A stretch of DNA of 62,112 nucleotides, counting the filler. It is 5 parts of 5 records of this genome, joined end to end, with 100 filler letters (N's around TTAATTAATTAA, not from the genome) between each part and the next. Parts side by side here need not be neighbours in the genome. Positions count along the whole stretch, not along the records: positions 29,002 to 44,416 come from SRR31156797_7968; 4 more parts are not named here. One strand, 5' to 3'. Each line of letters opens with the position of its first letter. Position 1 is the stretch's first letter. The position numbers and the translations under genes were made by a program. Below the pieces are notes generated by a model. The model was not told the origin of the DNA. It made no database searches and saw only the letters and a list, made by a program, of their open reading frames with translations. Shown piece after piece: positions 31,907-42,785 of this stretch.

Positions 31907-33805
31907 TCAGGAAACATCAAGACGAATCAGAGTCGTTATCTCTTTGCAATCGGGGCCGAAAGTTGTTTCCAACACCGGTATGGGCGTCTTTTCCATATAA
32001 TACTGCGACTCCCACCCCTCTTCGAGATGAAGTCTCGCTTCTGTGCAACTTTTAACGACTAAGGAAACACTGCCTGCGGTGCAATGATCACCATTTGCTT
32101 TCCAGTCCAATTCCGGTGCAAGCCGCCAGCGCAAGATCGCCCTTTTAAAGGCACCGTGGACGGTATCGATTACTTTGAAACCATTTTGGACGGTTGTAAC
32201 CAAACGTCGGTGGAAGCACTCTTTCCAGTCGGTGAAGCCCGCCTCCACAAGAGGGGGGTGATTTTCATATCGAACATCGAGCCGTGGCCATTTGCCATAT
32301 AAAAACCGGCTGATTTTTGGCATTTGATCGTGATCATCAAACTGAATCGTATTGTGAGCGGTTGTACTGTTAAAATAGGTCTGCCACGGGTGTGGGCAAT
32401 TATAGCTGTATGTCCCGGCATCCCTGAGAATATTGACGCCGTCCGCCCAAAGATCGACATGCAACAGATCGCATTGTGCCGGCCGGAATCGAAATTTCTC
32501 CGGGCATCGAATAATCAGCTTGCTTCCATCAACGGATAATACCGCGTACCCACCGTCTTTTAGAACGGAAAGGCTTGTCTGTTCATTGGCGTTTCCAACT
32601 TCGTCGGTAGAGGATAGCGAAACCTTTCCGCGTATCGTTTCATCCCCATCGTCAGATAGATCCGGAACCAACCATAAGGCCAGATCATCCCACCGACCGG
32701 GGGGAATCCATCGCTTTTTATTTACAACCGCACCAACGGCCTGGATAATCGGGCGGAAATCAAGATAATCGCAATCGGAAAATGGAAGTATACTGGCACC
32801 ATCGTTGGAACCTAAATTCGGCATCCGTCCGGTTTGGCGATCATACAGTGTAAGCAGCCAATTTCCGGCATTGCGGATTCGATCCAGAAAGTTGCCACTG
32901 AAACCGAAACCGTTTTTACGGCCAAGCTGAATCGCCCACAAACAGGCATCCAGCATCACTCGATGGTAATTGGCGGAATGCTGGGAAAACGAACCATCCG
33001 GTGAGACCAAGGTCTCAATCTGCTTCTCCAGGCATCTCGATCCTTTTCTTATCCACTTTTTATTACCGAAAAGAACGCCTGCAGTGAACAGTCCGGCAGC
33101 TTCTGAGAGGCCGTGATTGTTATTTTGGCTGAGGGCATACCCGATATTGGCCTCAATGCGTTGTGCCGATTCATGGATCACTGCTGTCAATAAAGCTTTG
33201 CGCTCAAAACCGGGCTCGGGAAAGCTGAAGTAGGCGGTCGCCAGTGCGAACATGCGGATGGCAATTTCCTGGCCACACTTCCAGTGAACACCGCGATTGG
33301 GCGGATTGTGTGTGGCCCAATCCTCGAGCAAGTGCCAGAATGTATCGATATAACAACCTTTAGCGGTAGATAGATAACTGCGCACCAAAGGAAACACCCA
33401 GGCAAATCGACTCAGTTCCCAAATGCATTTGATGTCGCCATTAGCAAAATCGGGAATTTTCGACCAATGGCTGCTCCAAAGTGATTTTTCATCGGTGGCC
33501 GATCGACTAAAAGGGTTTACATACCAGTTTGGCGGCATCCCACATTGAAATGACTTATTGTTGAAAAACCGGAACTCACCCTGAATAATCTTATCCGCTT
33601 CGATTTTCTGAAAATGGCCATTCCTTTCAGGTTCCGCTGGTTCGTAAAAAAACCGACCGATGATTGGCGGCGCATCGTGTTTCCACTGATGGCAGGGAAT
33701 CCGCCTTTTGAGCCAGCCGTTTCGCACTTTCAGCGCATACAACAACCTCTCGGCCACCCAGCCAGGACCCATCAGGCGACAAATGTCAATGGTTTTGGAT
33801 ATCAC
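31907..33805 (-). CDS. Heparinase II/III-family protein
   Basis: DIKCIWELSRF, NNHGLSEAAGL, QHSANYHR, DLLHVDLW, DAGTYSY, STTAHNT. Confidence 0.88.
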   Translation of the reverse strand: MISKTIDICRLMGPGWVAERLLYALKVRNGWLKRRIPCHQWKHDAPPIIGRFFYEPAEPERNGHFQKIEADKIIQGEFRFFNNKSFQCGMPPNWYVNPFSRSATDEKSLWSSHWSKIPDFANGDIKCIWELSRFAWVFPLVRSYLSTAKGCYIDTFWHLLEDWATHNPPNRGVHWKCGQEIAIRMFALATAYFSFPEPGFERKALLTAVIHESAQRIEANIGYALSQNNNHGLSEAAGLFTAGVLFGNKKWIRKGSRCLEKQIETLVSPDGSFSQHSANYHRVMLDACLWAIQLGRKNGFGFSGNFLDRIRNAGNWLLTLYDRQTGRMPNLGSNDGASILPFSDCDYLDFRPIIQAVGAVVNKKRWIPPGRWDDLALWLVPDLSDDGDETIRGKVSLSSTDEVGNANEQTSLSVLKDGGYAVLSVDGSKLIIRCPEKFRFRPAQCDLLHVDLWADGVNILRDAGTYSYNCPHPWQTYFNSTTAHNTIQFDDHDQMPKISRFLYGKWPRLDVRYENHPPLVEAGFTDWKECFHRRLVTTVQNGFKVIDTVHGAFKRAILRWRLAPELDWKANGDHCTAGSVSLVVKSCTEARLHLEEGWESQYYMEKTPIPVLETTFGPDCKEITTLIRLDVS

Positions 33806-33816
33806 AGGATAGGATT

Positions 33817-35139
33817 CTACAGGTAAGCAGCCATCATCTGTCTGGCGAGCGCCTTCTTTTCCACCAGGGTGGATAAAATGGCGGATGAAAGGGAGCCCCG
33901 ATTCTCCACGGCCCGAACAATCATGTCGTACAGGGCACTTGATGACGCGGAATCCAACTCCACAGCATAGTCTTTTAAATTCAGGTCCTGCATCATGGAT
34001 GGGATCTTTTCACCAAGCGCTTTGCGCCACAATCCAATAACCGGTGTTCCCTGGCCAAGAGAAAAAATCATGGAGTGCAGACGCATTGAAAAGACAGTTG
34101 ACGCCATGCTGTAAAGGGCTACGAAATCATATGGATCTTTGAGTTGAATCAGTTTCGCCGGGCATTTTTTTTCATCGGTTAGCCGCCGATGGACAAGGTG
34201 AGAAATTTGGGCATCGTCTTCGGTCTGCACAACAATCACGATTTCCCTACCCGTTTTTTCACTAACCGACGCCAATGTATCCGGGAGGATTTTTAATACC
34301 CTGGCTTTTGTTGCTTCCGGGTCGTCCACCTTCCTGGATACACCGTAACCAAGCGGATCCACCCGAAGGACAACCGCTATGAAACTGTTTTGTTCCAACC
34401 CATACCGTTTCAACAACTCCTGCTTCCGGTTCCCATACGGTGTCAGAAAAAATGCCAGATCCGGAACTATGGCCGTTGTATCTCTTTGTATGGCGGCAAC
34501 CTGGCCGGCATGATCGAAGGACCTGGAATCACGAAAGAGGGTGAAAGTAGCGTTTTTGAATATCGTACCAATGAGATGCCCGCCCAATCCCTCAAAAGGT
34601 CCGCTGGTTTGCGGCAAAAGGCCATAGGGTATTCCCTTGCGTGCCGCCATTACCAAAGGAAAGGTGAAAGCGATCAAGCGAGCCGGAGATTTGCGAACGC
34701 GATACCAGTAGAACAGGTTTCCACCATTGAGTAAAACCAGACGGGAACCGGCAAGCGCCTCGAGAGCAATATGCTTTCGAAACAGGATTCCGGCCAAGCG
34801 CGGAAATGTCATGCAGGTGCACGCGAGGGCCAAACCATGGGCCTGTTCGGCAAGCTTCCCGAACAGGGAATCCCCGAATGAGGGAAAGGGGCCCGGTACA
34901 ACCGTCACACCCGGGAACCGTTTACCGATATCTTCCGTCGGGTTTCCCGCATTCACATTCTCACCGTATCGACTGATCACGGTAATGTCCTGTTGCGGAA
35001 CGGCAGCCGTGAGCAATTCCAGCGCACCGAGACAAAGTGCGTGGTCACCCGCATTGCGCGTACCCCATGCAAAACAAAGAACGACACGACCATTTCCGTT
35101 CGAGTATTGTCTCTTTCCGTTTTGTTCCATATTGCTCAT
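33817..35139 (-). CDS. Polysaccharide pyruvyl transferase family (WcaK-like)
   Basis: NAGDHA, NGGNLF, FRDSRS, VPDLAF, MRLHSMIFS. Confidence 0.85.
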   Translation of the reverse strand: MSNMEQNGKRQYSNGNGRVVLCFAWGTRNAGDHALCLGALELLTAAVPQQDITVISRYGENVNAGNPTEDIGKRFPGVTVVPGPFPSFGDSLFGKLAEQAHGLALACTCMTFPRLAGILFRKHIALEALAGSRLVLLNGGNLFYWYRVRKSPARLIAFTFPLVMAARKGIPYGLLPQTSGPFEGLGGHLIGTIFKNATFTLFRDSRSFDHAGQVAAIQRDTTAIVPDLAFFLTPYGNRKQELLKRYGLEQNSFIAVVLRVDPLGYGVSRKVDDPEATKARVLKILPDTLASVSEKTGREIVIVVQTEDDAQISHLVHRRLTDEKKCPAKLIQLKDPYDFVALYSMASTVFSMRLHSMIFSLGQGTPVIGLWRKALGEKIPSMMQDLNLKDYAVELDSASSSALYDMIVRAVENRGSLSSAILSTLVEKKALARQMMAAYL

Positions 35140-36215
35140 CTTTTTCCCGGTTTGGGATATTGCAAATGCTCCAATAGCACCGTCATGACCGTATCTGCGC
35201 GATACGCATAGGATGCGGCCTTGTTGTTATTCGCCAGTTTACGGCGTTTTTCCTTATCATCAACCAATTCGACGATTCTTGCTGCCAGATCATCCGGATT
35301 GGCCGGTTCTGCCATGAGGCCATTAACGCCATCTTCTATGATTTCATCGTTGAAAGCGATTCGTGTCGCCACCACCGGCAAACCGGCAAGGGCGGCATCG
35401 ACCAGGACACCGGGGAAGCCTTCGTCTTTCCACTCGGAAGGAAAGACCATGATATCATATCCGAACAATACCGGAACGACAGCATCGATTTCCAGATGAC
35501 CGCGGTAGTTCGCCCATGGACGTTTTTTCAGCAGGTCGAAAAATCGATCCCGATAGTCCTCGGTGAGTAAACCATATAAATCCAAGGATACACGGTGCTG
35601 CCCATTTTCAACTGTATCCAAAGCCCGAAGAAGCGTCTCAACGCCTTTTTCCGCTTTGATACGGGACAGATAGACCAATTTGACCGGTCGGTTGGCATCC
35701 GGTGCGGAACGGACAAAGTTCTCTAGTTGGAAATTCGCCGGGGCCGGTTTAAAATTTGGCAGGTGTAGAACATTATGCAATCCGTAGTTTTCCAGTTCGG
35801 TGGCGAGTCCGCTAGTCTGGACCACAACGAGACGGCATTGCCTGAGAAAAATCAGATAGAGTTGGCGGATCGGCCCTGGCAGTACAGCCAACTCCCGTGC
35901 GAATAATCCGCCGGCGGGGAACAGAACGATCTGAAGCGTTTGAATCATTCCAACCATGCCAAGGAGAAGCAGGAGTACAAATCTTCCGTTTCTGGAAACG
36001 GAGAGAAACACTTGCGGCGTCCGCCACAAACTACGGATAAGCCGGGCAGCGAACAGAACCGGCTGTTTCTTCCAGAGGAGCGTATTGCTTACGTCAAAAA
36101 GAAATCCATCTTTTGTCAGGGTCTCGATGATGACCCGGTTCCGGACCGCCGGCCCCCACTGGGGGGGGGCTACCGGGCCGATGAATACGATGCGTTCGCG
36201 GCCTTTACACCGCAT
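35136..36215 (-). CDS. Glycosyltransferase family 4
   Basis: YLSRIKAEKG, PSEWKDEGFPGVLVDAALAGLPVV. Confidence 0.9.
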   Translation of the reverse strand: MRCKGRERIVFIGPVAPPQWGPAVRNRVIIETLTKDGFLFDVSNTLLWKKQPVLFAARLIRSLWRTPQVFLSVSRNGRFVLLLLLGMVGMIQTLQIVLFPAGGLFARELAVLPGPIRQLYLIFLRQCRLVVVQTSGLATELENYGLHNVLHLPNFKPAPANFQLENFVRSAPDANRPVKLVYLSRIKAEKGVETLLRALDTVENGQHRVSLDLYGLLTEDYRDRFFDLLKKRPWANYRGHLEIDAVVPVLFGYDIMVFPSEWKDEGFPGVLVDAALAGLPVVATRIAFNDEIIEDGVNGLMAEPANPDDLAARIVELVDDKEKRRKLANNNKAASYAYRADTVMTVLLEHLQYPKPGKR

Positions 36216-37488
36216 TGAGTTCCTCTAAAAAGTCCATGAGACGTTGTGTATGCAACCGGTAATCGAAATGTACGGACAACTGCTGCCGGCCTGCCACCCC
36301 CATTCGGCGCTGCTTGCCGGGATTTTGGTAGATGTCGATAATTCGTTCGGCAAGCAGGTCCGGTCTGCCCGGGGGAACGACATGGGCGTGGACGCCATCC
36401 TGCAGGTATTCGGGGATATCCGGAACGGTCGTTGTAATCACAGGGTTACCCGTTTGCAGAAATTCGGGAATGCGCGTAGGAAATGCCGCCCTGGCCCGAA
36501 TGGATTGTTTTCGGAGAAGAACCAGAGCTCTTGCCGTATTCAGGCATTTTGCAAAGGCATCATCCGGCAGTCGCCCGGTGAATCGGATCGCACCGTTCAG
36601 TTCCGGCAGCCCGCTGATCTGTGATCGAATGTTACCGCCCCGTCCGGTCGTGGCCACGTTCCCAACAATGGTCAATGTAGCGGCGCACCCTGCCGATCGG
36701 GCGATTCGCAGCCCCTCTACCAGGTCTTCAACGGCCTCGTCATCTTTGCATTGCCCGACGTATACAAGGTCCGTTCCCGGCTCATGGCCGTTTCCATATT
36801 GATTTTGCGGCACATCGAGAAGAGCCGGAACCCGAATGGCCGGCACCCCCAGATGATGAAATTTTTCCTGGATGAACCCGGAGATACCGATGGCGCCATC
36901 CAGCCGGCGATAGCTTCCGTTCATGCCAAGAAACCAGTCCAAAGCAGGAAGAAAAGGAAACTGGCGTGTGATATACCATTCTACGGCATCGACCAGCACG
37001 GGAACACGGTGCTTACGGCAGATTCGGATAATCGGTTGGCATTGGAGAAAGCTTCGCGAATAGAGAATAACGGTATCGACAGCACCGCAACGGATCAATG
37101 CTTCACATCGGTGCCAGGATCTTCGAATTGAATTTATCAGGGCCGATGCACGCCGGAAACGGCCCTTTTGCACCGAATCGTCATGGGTGCCTGCCGTGGT
37201 TTCATAAAAAACCCCTGAGTGCTTACCCACACCGGTCGCCAACAACTCTTCCGGATGTGAGGTCAACTTTTTCGTCGTAAGGATTCGGACCTTCGCCCCT
37301 GCCTCCGTTAGCCCTCTGGCCATATGACGAATGCGCGATGCCCCTGCGGATCCGTATGGATAGTCGAACCAACCTACGAACAGGATGCGCGGCCGCCGTT
37401 TTGGTCTGTACATGGTTTCCTTCAATTGAACCGTTGAAATCGCCATCTCGGGCAGCCGCTGGTCAACCGGCACATCTTTTTTGCCCAT
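36205..37488 (-). CDS. Glycosyltransferase family 4
   Basis: FPTRIPEFLQTGNPVITT; start may be further downstream. Confidence 0.85.
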   Translation of the reverse strand: MGKKDVPVDQRLPEMAISTVQLKETMYRPKRRPRILFVGWFDYPYGSAGASRIRHMARGLTEAGAKVRILTTKKLTSHPEELLATGVGKHSGVFYETTAGTHDDSVQKGRFRRASALINSIRRSWHRCEALIRCGAVDTVILYSRSFLQCQPIIRICRKHRVPVLVDAVEWYITRQFPFLPALDWFLGMNGSYRRLDGAIGISGFIQEKFHHLGVPAIRVPALLDVPQNQYGNGHEPGTDLVYVGQCKDDEAVEDLVEGLRIARSAGCAATLTIVGNVATTGRGGNIRSQISGLPELNGAIRFTGRLPDDAFAKCLNTARALVLLRKQSIRARAAFPTRIPEFLQTGNPVITTTVPDIPEYLQDGVHAHVVPPGRPDLLAERIIDIYQNPGKQRRMGVAGRQQLSVHFDYRLHTQRLMDFLEELNAV

Positions 37489-38722
37489 CTTTCAACCTTT
37501 GATAAAGATGGATCATCTCTTTTGCCTGTTGCTGCCGGGAGTATTGGGAGATGGCTTTCTGACGCGCATTTTTTCGCATCTGCAGGTAGCGGTCGTCCTT
37601 TTCGAGCAGCCATTGTATGCCGTCGGCCAGCGACTCCGCGTCGAAGGGTTCGGAAAGGATGCCGTTCACCCGGTGCTGGATCATATCCGGCATGCCGCCA
37701 ATTGCGTAAGCCGCGCAAGGCGTTCCGCAGGCCAAGGATTCCATTACCGTGTTCGGAAGGTTGTCCTGAACGGAGGGTGCGACAAACACATCTGCCGCAC
37801 TGTAGAGAAGAACCAGGGAAACCGTATCGTGCAGGCGTCCGGCGTAGTGGGCCGGGAATCCAAAATCCGGTGGACTCTCGGGGCGTTCCCCTCCGAATAG
37901 GACCAAGTCCACGTTTCTCATTCGACCAGACAGCGTTTCCAATGCCGGTCGCAGATACTGAAACCCTTTTCTCGGGTTGCTGGTCGGCGATATGGAACCG
38001 AACAAGATCAATTTTCTGTCCCGTGGCAACCGGAGAATACTGCGGGCCAGATCCTGCTCAATGGGACGAAAAAGGTCAGTATCCAATCCGTTTGGAATCA
38101 CCACAACCGGCTTGTCGGCAAACAGAGAGCTTTTACGAACACAACGCTCCATCCACTTGCTGAGGACGACAATGGTGAGATTGATGTCTGCGTATACGGC
38201 TTTCTTTCGGTTCCAAAGTTTTCGGGACAGATCGTCATCCCGGCGGGATCCGATCATCGGGCATCGGCCGCATTGTGCTTCGTATCGGCCACAGTTTTCA
38301 TCGTAGTTGCATCCACCGGTGAACGGCCACATGTCATGGAGTGTCCAGACGATGGGAACCCCGAATTGCCGTAGTTGCTCGGGACGAAGAAATTCCCTGC
38401 AGATGTAGTGCAAGTGGATGATATCCGGCCCAAAAGCGTCGATTTCTCCGTCCAGACGGCTGGACAACCAGGCAGGAGAAAAGTTGCCGGTTCTCCTTCC
38501 GGTTCTATACCTCATCAATTCTCTGGCCAGCGGATATCGGAGCTGTGCGGCAATCTTGGCGCCAGCGCGCGTCGGGCCGATCACCTTGGGAATACCACCT
38601 GTCTTTTGTTCCACCAGCATAGAAGAATTTATACCGGCAGTTAACAGTCCATCATGCAGACGATGCGCCGCAATGGCCGCCCCACCGGAGCGGTCCGATT
38701 TATTGATTTGCAGGATTTTCAT
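37463..38722 (-). CDS. Glycosyltransferase family 4 (WcaC-like)
   Basis: GGAAIAAHRLH, WTLHDMWPFTGGC, QDNLPNTVMESLACGTP. Confidence 0.92.
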   Translation of the reverse strand: MKILQINKSDRSGGAAIAAHRLHDGLLTAGINSSMLVEQKTGGIPKVIGPTRAGAKIAAQLRYPLARELMRYRTGRRTGNFSPAWLSSRLDGEIDAFGPDIIHLHYICREFLRPEQLRQFGVPIVWTLHDMWPFTGGCNYDENCGRYEAQCGRCPMIGSRRDDDLSRKLWNRKKAVYADINLTIVVLSKWMERCVRKSSLFADKPVVVIPNGLDTDLFRPIEQDLARSILRLPRDRKLILFGSISPTSNPRKGFQYLRPALETLSGRMRNVDLVLFGGERPESPPDFGFPAHYAGRLHDTVSLVLLYSAADVFVAPSVQDNLPNTVMESLACGTPCAAYAIGGMPDMIQHRVNGILSEPFDAESLADGIQWLLEKDDRYLQMRKNARQKAISQYSRQQQAKEMIHLYQRLKDGQKRCAG

Positions 38723-38767
38723 AAAATGGAAGAACCCGAACGGGCTTTTCAGAGACGAAGGGCAGGA

Positions 38768-40546
38768 TCAATCGACCACAAATTCATTCCCATGGATAAT
38801 CCCATCGCAGATGGTATCGAGATAAGAGTTTTTCCCGGGCATCAGAGCATCGAGGCTGTCAAAAGTCAGTTTCAGCCCCAGCCTATTGCCCGGCTGAAAA
38901 CCGGTCAAAAACGGAAAATCAATCTGGCGCCGGAAGAAAAAATGGTAGGCATATCTTCTTGCGCAATCCATCATCTCCTGCGAATTCTTCGGCAGATCCC
39001 CTACCCGGTCCAGCAGCGTGAAATACTCCTCCGGTGACGAAACGTCATAAGTGAACCCTTTGCCCCGGTTAAAGCTCTCTCCGGCGATGACCACCGGAAC
39101 TCCACGCAATGCGATCTCCAATCCCATCTTGGTGCCGTAGATCAGGGCCGCCCTGCTCATATCGACCAGTGTGTAGGAACTCAGATCGCTTTCCGGTGGA
39201 ATGATTTTGATATGCTGGGGAAGAGTGCCGTAACGATCGGTTAACTCTGTGGCAAGGGGCTGCTCGGTTTTTTTGGCGGCCTTCACTTCTGCCGGGTGGA
39301 TACGAATCACCAGGTGCAAATCTTCCCGTTGAATAAAATAGTCAACCGTCTGGAACAGCCAATCCAGAATGTTCTCGAATGCATTGTAACTGTGGTAAAG
39401 CTGCGCATCCCAGATCACATTGGTGTATAGGCTTACGATCGGTTTTTCAGGATCGAGCTTCAATGCCTGGCGCAGGGCGGACTGCTCTTCGATGGGATTG
39501 GGATGATAGGTGATGCTGTCCTGCTTGCCTGTCTGGCGCCCTCGCACATACGTATCCAGCCGGCTGCCCATTTCCGGGGTCAGTTCCAAATTCTCCCATA
39601 ATTCGGTCGGCTCGGTAACCAGGGCTCGATGGTAGGTATCCCCGTGACACAGCATGATGGTATCCTTGCGGTAGGGTACCGAATAGACGACGATGGGGTA
39701 TCCCATTCGGCGGGCTACTTCACAGGCCGTACCGTGGTCTACATATATGCCGTGGACCGCCATGACACGGCGGGGGCGAATTTCGTTCAACGCACGCTCC
39801 GTGAGGTCGACAAGCAGTAAAGCGGAAACCAATTGCCGGCGAAGCAACCAATGATGAAAGGGATCATCCTGCAAGGTTCCCCTTCCAAGTGCCCGCAGTG
39901 CAGAGGCGTGGGCGTGCTCTCCTACGTGGATGTCCCGATACACATGGCTCGAACAGCATTCATCCTTCAGGCCATTCACCGTCGATTGCGCCCGTTCCAA
40001 GTCGCCGGTTTTTGCATACCGGGATAAAAAATCCAGATCGATCGGGCTCCTTTGATAGTACTCGTGTATACCTCGCATACAATTCCGGCAAGTCACTGCA
40101 TTAAGGCTTGTGATACAATACTCGTTGGGAATATCCAGTTCATGATTTCCGAGCGGGTCATACACGCAGGCGGGCAATGATTGGCCGCAAGCCAAGGATA
40201 CGGTTTGTACCCCCCGCAATCGCATGCCATAGGCCAAAATCGATTCGAGGGCATTTAAAATCGGGCTGTTTCCGCACCAAACTGTCATGAAAAGCACAGG
40301 TGGCCCGGCTGGCGTATCCAAGTTTGCCAGGATCGATGGACTGTTCTTTTGCAAAACATTCCACTGTTGCTGAATGGTCAGCGGGATCGTTTGAATGGCA
40401 GATCGCACCGGCCGGGTTCTGGCCTGCCATCCGCGAGCCTCCTGCCGGCAGCGAGTGATCTCATTTGCGGTCCACTCCCTGGTTTGCCGAGCCAGATTCC
40501 CGATAAATGGCAAATCGTCCAATGCGTGTGATATTTTTTTGGTCAT
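38768..40546 (-). CDS. Capsular polysaccharide biosynthesis/modification protein (GT-B-like)
   Basis: TNVIWDA, VIRIHPAE, YGTKMGLE, GKGFT; location inside the cluster. Confidence 0.65.
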   Translation of the reverse strand: MTKKISHALDDLPFIGNLARQTREWTANEITRCRQEARGWQARTRPVRSAIQTIPLTIQQQWNVLQKNSPSILANLDTPAGPPVLFMTVWCGNSPILNALESILAYGMRLRGVQTVSLACGQSLPACVYDPLGNHELDIPNEYCITSLNAVTCRNCMRGIHEYYQRSPIDLDFLSRYAKTGDLERAQSTVNGLKDECCSSHVYRDIHVGEHAHASALRALGRGTLQDDPFHHWLLRRQLVSALLLVDLTERALNEIRPRRVMAVHGIYVDHGTACEVARRMGYPIVVYSVPYRKDTIMLCHGDTYHRALVTEPTELWENLELTPEMGSRLDTYVRGRQTGKQDSITYHPNPIEEQSALRQALKLDPEKPIVSLYTNVIWDAQLYHSYNAFENILDWLFQTVDYFIQREDLHLVIRIHPAEVKAAKKTEQPLATELTDRYGTLPQHIKIIPPESDLSSYTLVDMSRAALIYGTKMGLEIALRGVPVVIAGESFNRGKGFTYDVSSPEEYFTLLDRVGDLPKNSQEMMDCARRYAYHFFFRRQIDFPFLTGFQPGNRLGLKLTFDSLDALMPGKNSYLDTICDGIIHGNEFVVD

Positions 40547-41885
40547 GATGATCTTTGCTTTGCGTCTTAAGATTCGAGGAAAAGCGATCTTTTTCGCCTT
40601 CTCCGTTTTGTTTTCCTACTTTCAAAGCTTGGGCTTCATCCAAATGGAACAGGCAAATGCCAAAGGAAATGAGAATGAGAAGCCAAGTTAAGTTTGCATT
40701 AACGATATTACCGGTAAGGCTTTTGGCACCAAACCAGACACACATGCCGGAGGCGGCAAGAATGAGCGGCTCTCGCGCCGTTATCCAGAGATAAAACCCG
40801 ATGCAAACCGGTCCTGCAAAAATTACAAAAAGCAGTGGCAGCCCTCCCAACAGTATGAATTTACCATACCCAATGTGCATGGTCTGCCCATCCAAACCGT
40901 GCACATGCTCCCATCCACCGTTGACTCCCCGTCCGAACATATAATCGAAGAGTGAAGCCTGCTGGCCAAAAAATGCCTTTAATTCGCCAAATCGAGAGTT
41001 TTCTTTCAGGCTCGCATCCCCGGAATCCTCGGCAAAGCGGGATTCCGTCAAAGCAATGGCGCCCTGAAATTTGGTAAGCAGAAACGGTACGGATGTCGCC
41101 ATGACGACAACAAAAAAAATGGCCCCGAAAACGATGGACACCTTTTTCTTGTCCGTTTTCTGTCGCATGAAGGCCCACCCGCCCATGACCAGGGACATTC
41201 CCAAAAGTGCTACCGCCTGTCTGGTGGCGCTGGCAATCCCCTGAATTGCCAGTTCGAGAAGCCCACCGGCAACCGTCAGCTTCAGGGGCATTTTGAGTTC
41301 CTTGAATCTGAACAGCAGAAAGTAGATCGCGTAAAGCAGCGGCTTACCTTCCTTCGCTTCCATCCCTTCCTGCCGTGCCACATGGGATGCGGTAATCACC
41401 CCCCAGTTTCTTACGATGACTAATCCGGCCAAAAAGACACCCGCTACAGCATGCCATTTCAGAATACGCAAAAGCCGTTGACGAAATTCCGGTGCACCAA
41501 GGATCGGCAGGACCACCATGGCAACATAGGGGATCCCTCGCCTGGCAGTATGCAGAATATCAAACTCCCCTAATTGAAGAAACGAATGTACAACCATCTG
41601 AGAAACAATCATACCGCTACCGATTACCCAAACGGTTAGTTTTTTCGGCAATCTGGAACGCTGGAGTCGATTGATTAAATACAGGAGACAAAACAGACAT
41701 AGCGCAGCGCTTGAGACGAATGTGATCCAGGCTCCCTTGCCGGCCGATGTCAGTTGATCGAGAGACTCGAAAGATTTTATCAGAAAACCGGCGAACATGA
41801 AGTGTAGAGAATACTCAACACCCCAGGCAATAAATTTCGGGCACTGGTAATTTCTGGCAGTAGATTGTTTAGGGCGAGGTATCAA
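40461..41885 (-). CDS. Polytopic membrane protein, probable Wzy polymerase/O-antigen ligase-like
   Basis: About 10 hydrophobic segments; SATRQA, FGRG, HIGY...GG pattern; cluster context. Confidence 0.6.
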   Translation of the reverse strand: MIPRPKQSTARNYQCPKFIAWGVEYSLHFMFAGFLIKSFESLDQLTSAGKGAWITFVSSAALCLFCLLYLINRLQRSRLPKKLTVWVIGSGMIVSQMVVHSFLQLGEFDILHTARRGIPYVAMVVLPILGAPEFRQRLLRILKWHAVAGVFLAGLVIVRNWGVITASHVARQEGMEAKEGKPLLYAIYFLLFRFKELKMPLKLTVAGGLLELAIQGIASATRQAVALLGMSLVMGGWAFMRQKTDKKKVSIVFGAIFFVVVMATSVPFLLTKFQGAIALTESRFAEDSGDASLKENSRFGELKAFFGQQASLFDYMFGRGVNGGWEHVHGLDGQTMHIGYGKFILLGGLPLLFVIFAGPVCIGFYLWITAREPLILAASGMCVWFGAKSLTGNIVNANLTWLLILISFGICLFHLDEAQALKVGKQNGEGEKDRFSSNLKTQSKDHHDQKNITRIGRFAIYRESGSANQGVDRK

Positions 41886-41929
41886 ATAAAAGAGTAAAGT
41901 TTCACAGTGGAAAAATTTCCTTGATGAGC

Positions 41930-42784
41930 CTATTGCCGGCTTGCAGATCCACTCTGATCCGCCTTAATGGTGTTTCCATACACCATCATTTTATTTAACG
42001 GCCACAAGACAGGCATCAGACAATAGATCAAATTCACCCGGGTGTCGGCAAACCATCGGTTGTCATACAAAATGCGGCTTGATTTTTTTCGGCTTTTTCT
42101 CATGGGATTGCCGACAACCAAATGGCCGCTGGCATTTTTGAGGTCCATCATGCGCGGATCGAAATCGATATCGAGAAAATTGCATATCCTTTTTAAAACC
42201 GATTCCGTGTTCATACAAAGCTCTTCATATCCAACGCTAAAACTGTTGATACCGGCATCTGTGATGAATCGGTCCAATTCACGGTTGCGAATGTACCATT
42301 TTAAATAGGACGTGAATGTTCCAGTACGTCGCCTTCCCGCCTGACGTAATTGGGAATATACGTAACCGCGGACATCTTTGACCAAATGAATCACCCTCAA
42401 ATCCTGCTTACGTATTCCCAGGTCGGAACGGTGTTCAATCATGAATTTCAAATGGGGGAGATATTTGGAAGAATCCGACAGGATCTGTCCGGCACCAAGG
42501 GAATTTTGGAAAGCTTTCATTAATGCCCTGTAGGATTCAGCATGATTCTTCGTTGGGTCATCTTGGATGTTGATCGCGTAGGCCGACCAGACCGGACATT
42601 CAAACACCTGCCGCCCACAGGTGCAATTTAGATTTCCGATGCTTTCTGGTAACTTTGCCCTCAGCCCCGGATTTGCCAACTTGTGGACTTCTCCCATTCC
42701 GGTAATCGACGGATGGCAACTTAAAATTAGATCCAGCAGGGTCGATCCGCTGTGTGAAAGGCTGGCGATGAAGATGAGTTTCAT
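41930..42784 (-). CDS. Sulfotransferase
   Basis: SLSHSGSTLLDLIL (5'-PSB loop), DSSK, HLVKDVRGYVYS (3'-PB), YEELC. Confidence 0.85.
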   Translation of the reverse strand: MKLIFIASLSHSGSTLLDLILSCHPSITGMGEVHKLANPGLRAKLPESIGNLNCTCGRQVFECPVWSAYAINIQDDPTKNHAESYRALMKAFQNSLGAGQILSDSSKYLPHLKFMIEHRSDLGIRKQDLRVIHLVKDVRGYVYSQLRQAGRRRTGTFTSYLKWYIRNRELDRFITDAGINSFSVGYEELCMNTESVLKRICNFLDIDFDPRMMDLKNASGHLVVGNPMRKSRKKSSRILYDNRWFADTRVNLIYCLMPVLWPLNKMMVYGNTIKADQSGSASRQ

Positions 42785-42785
42785 T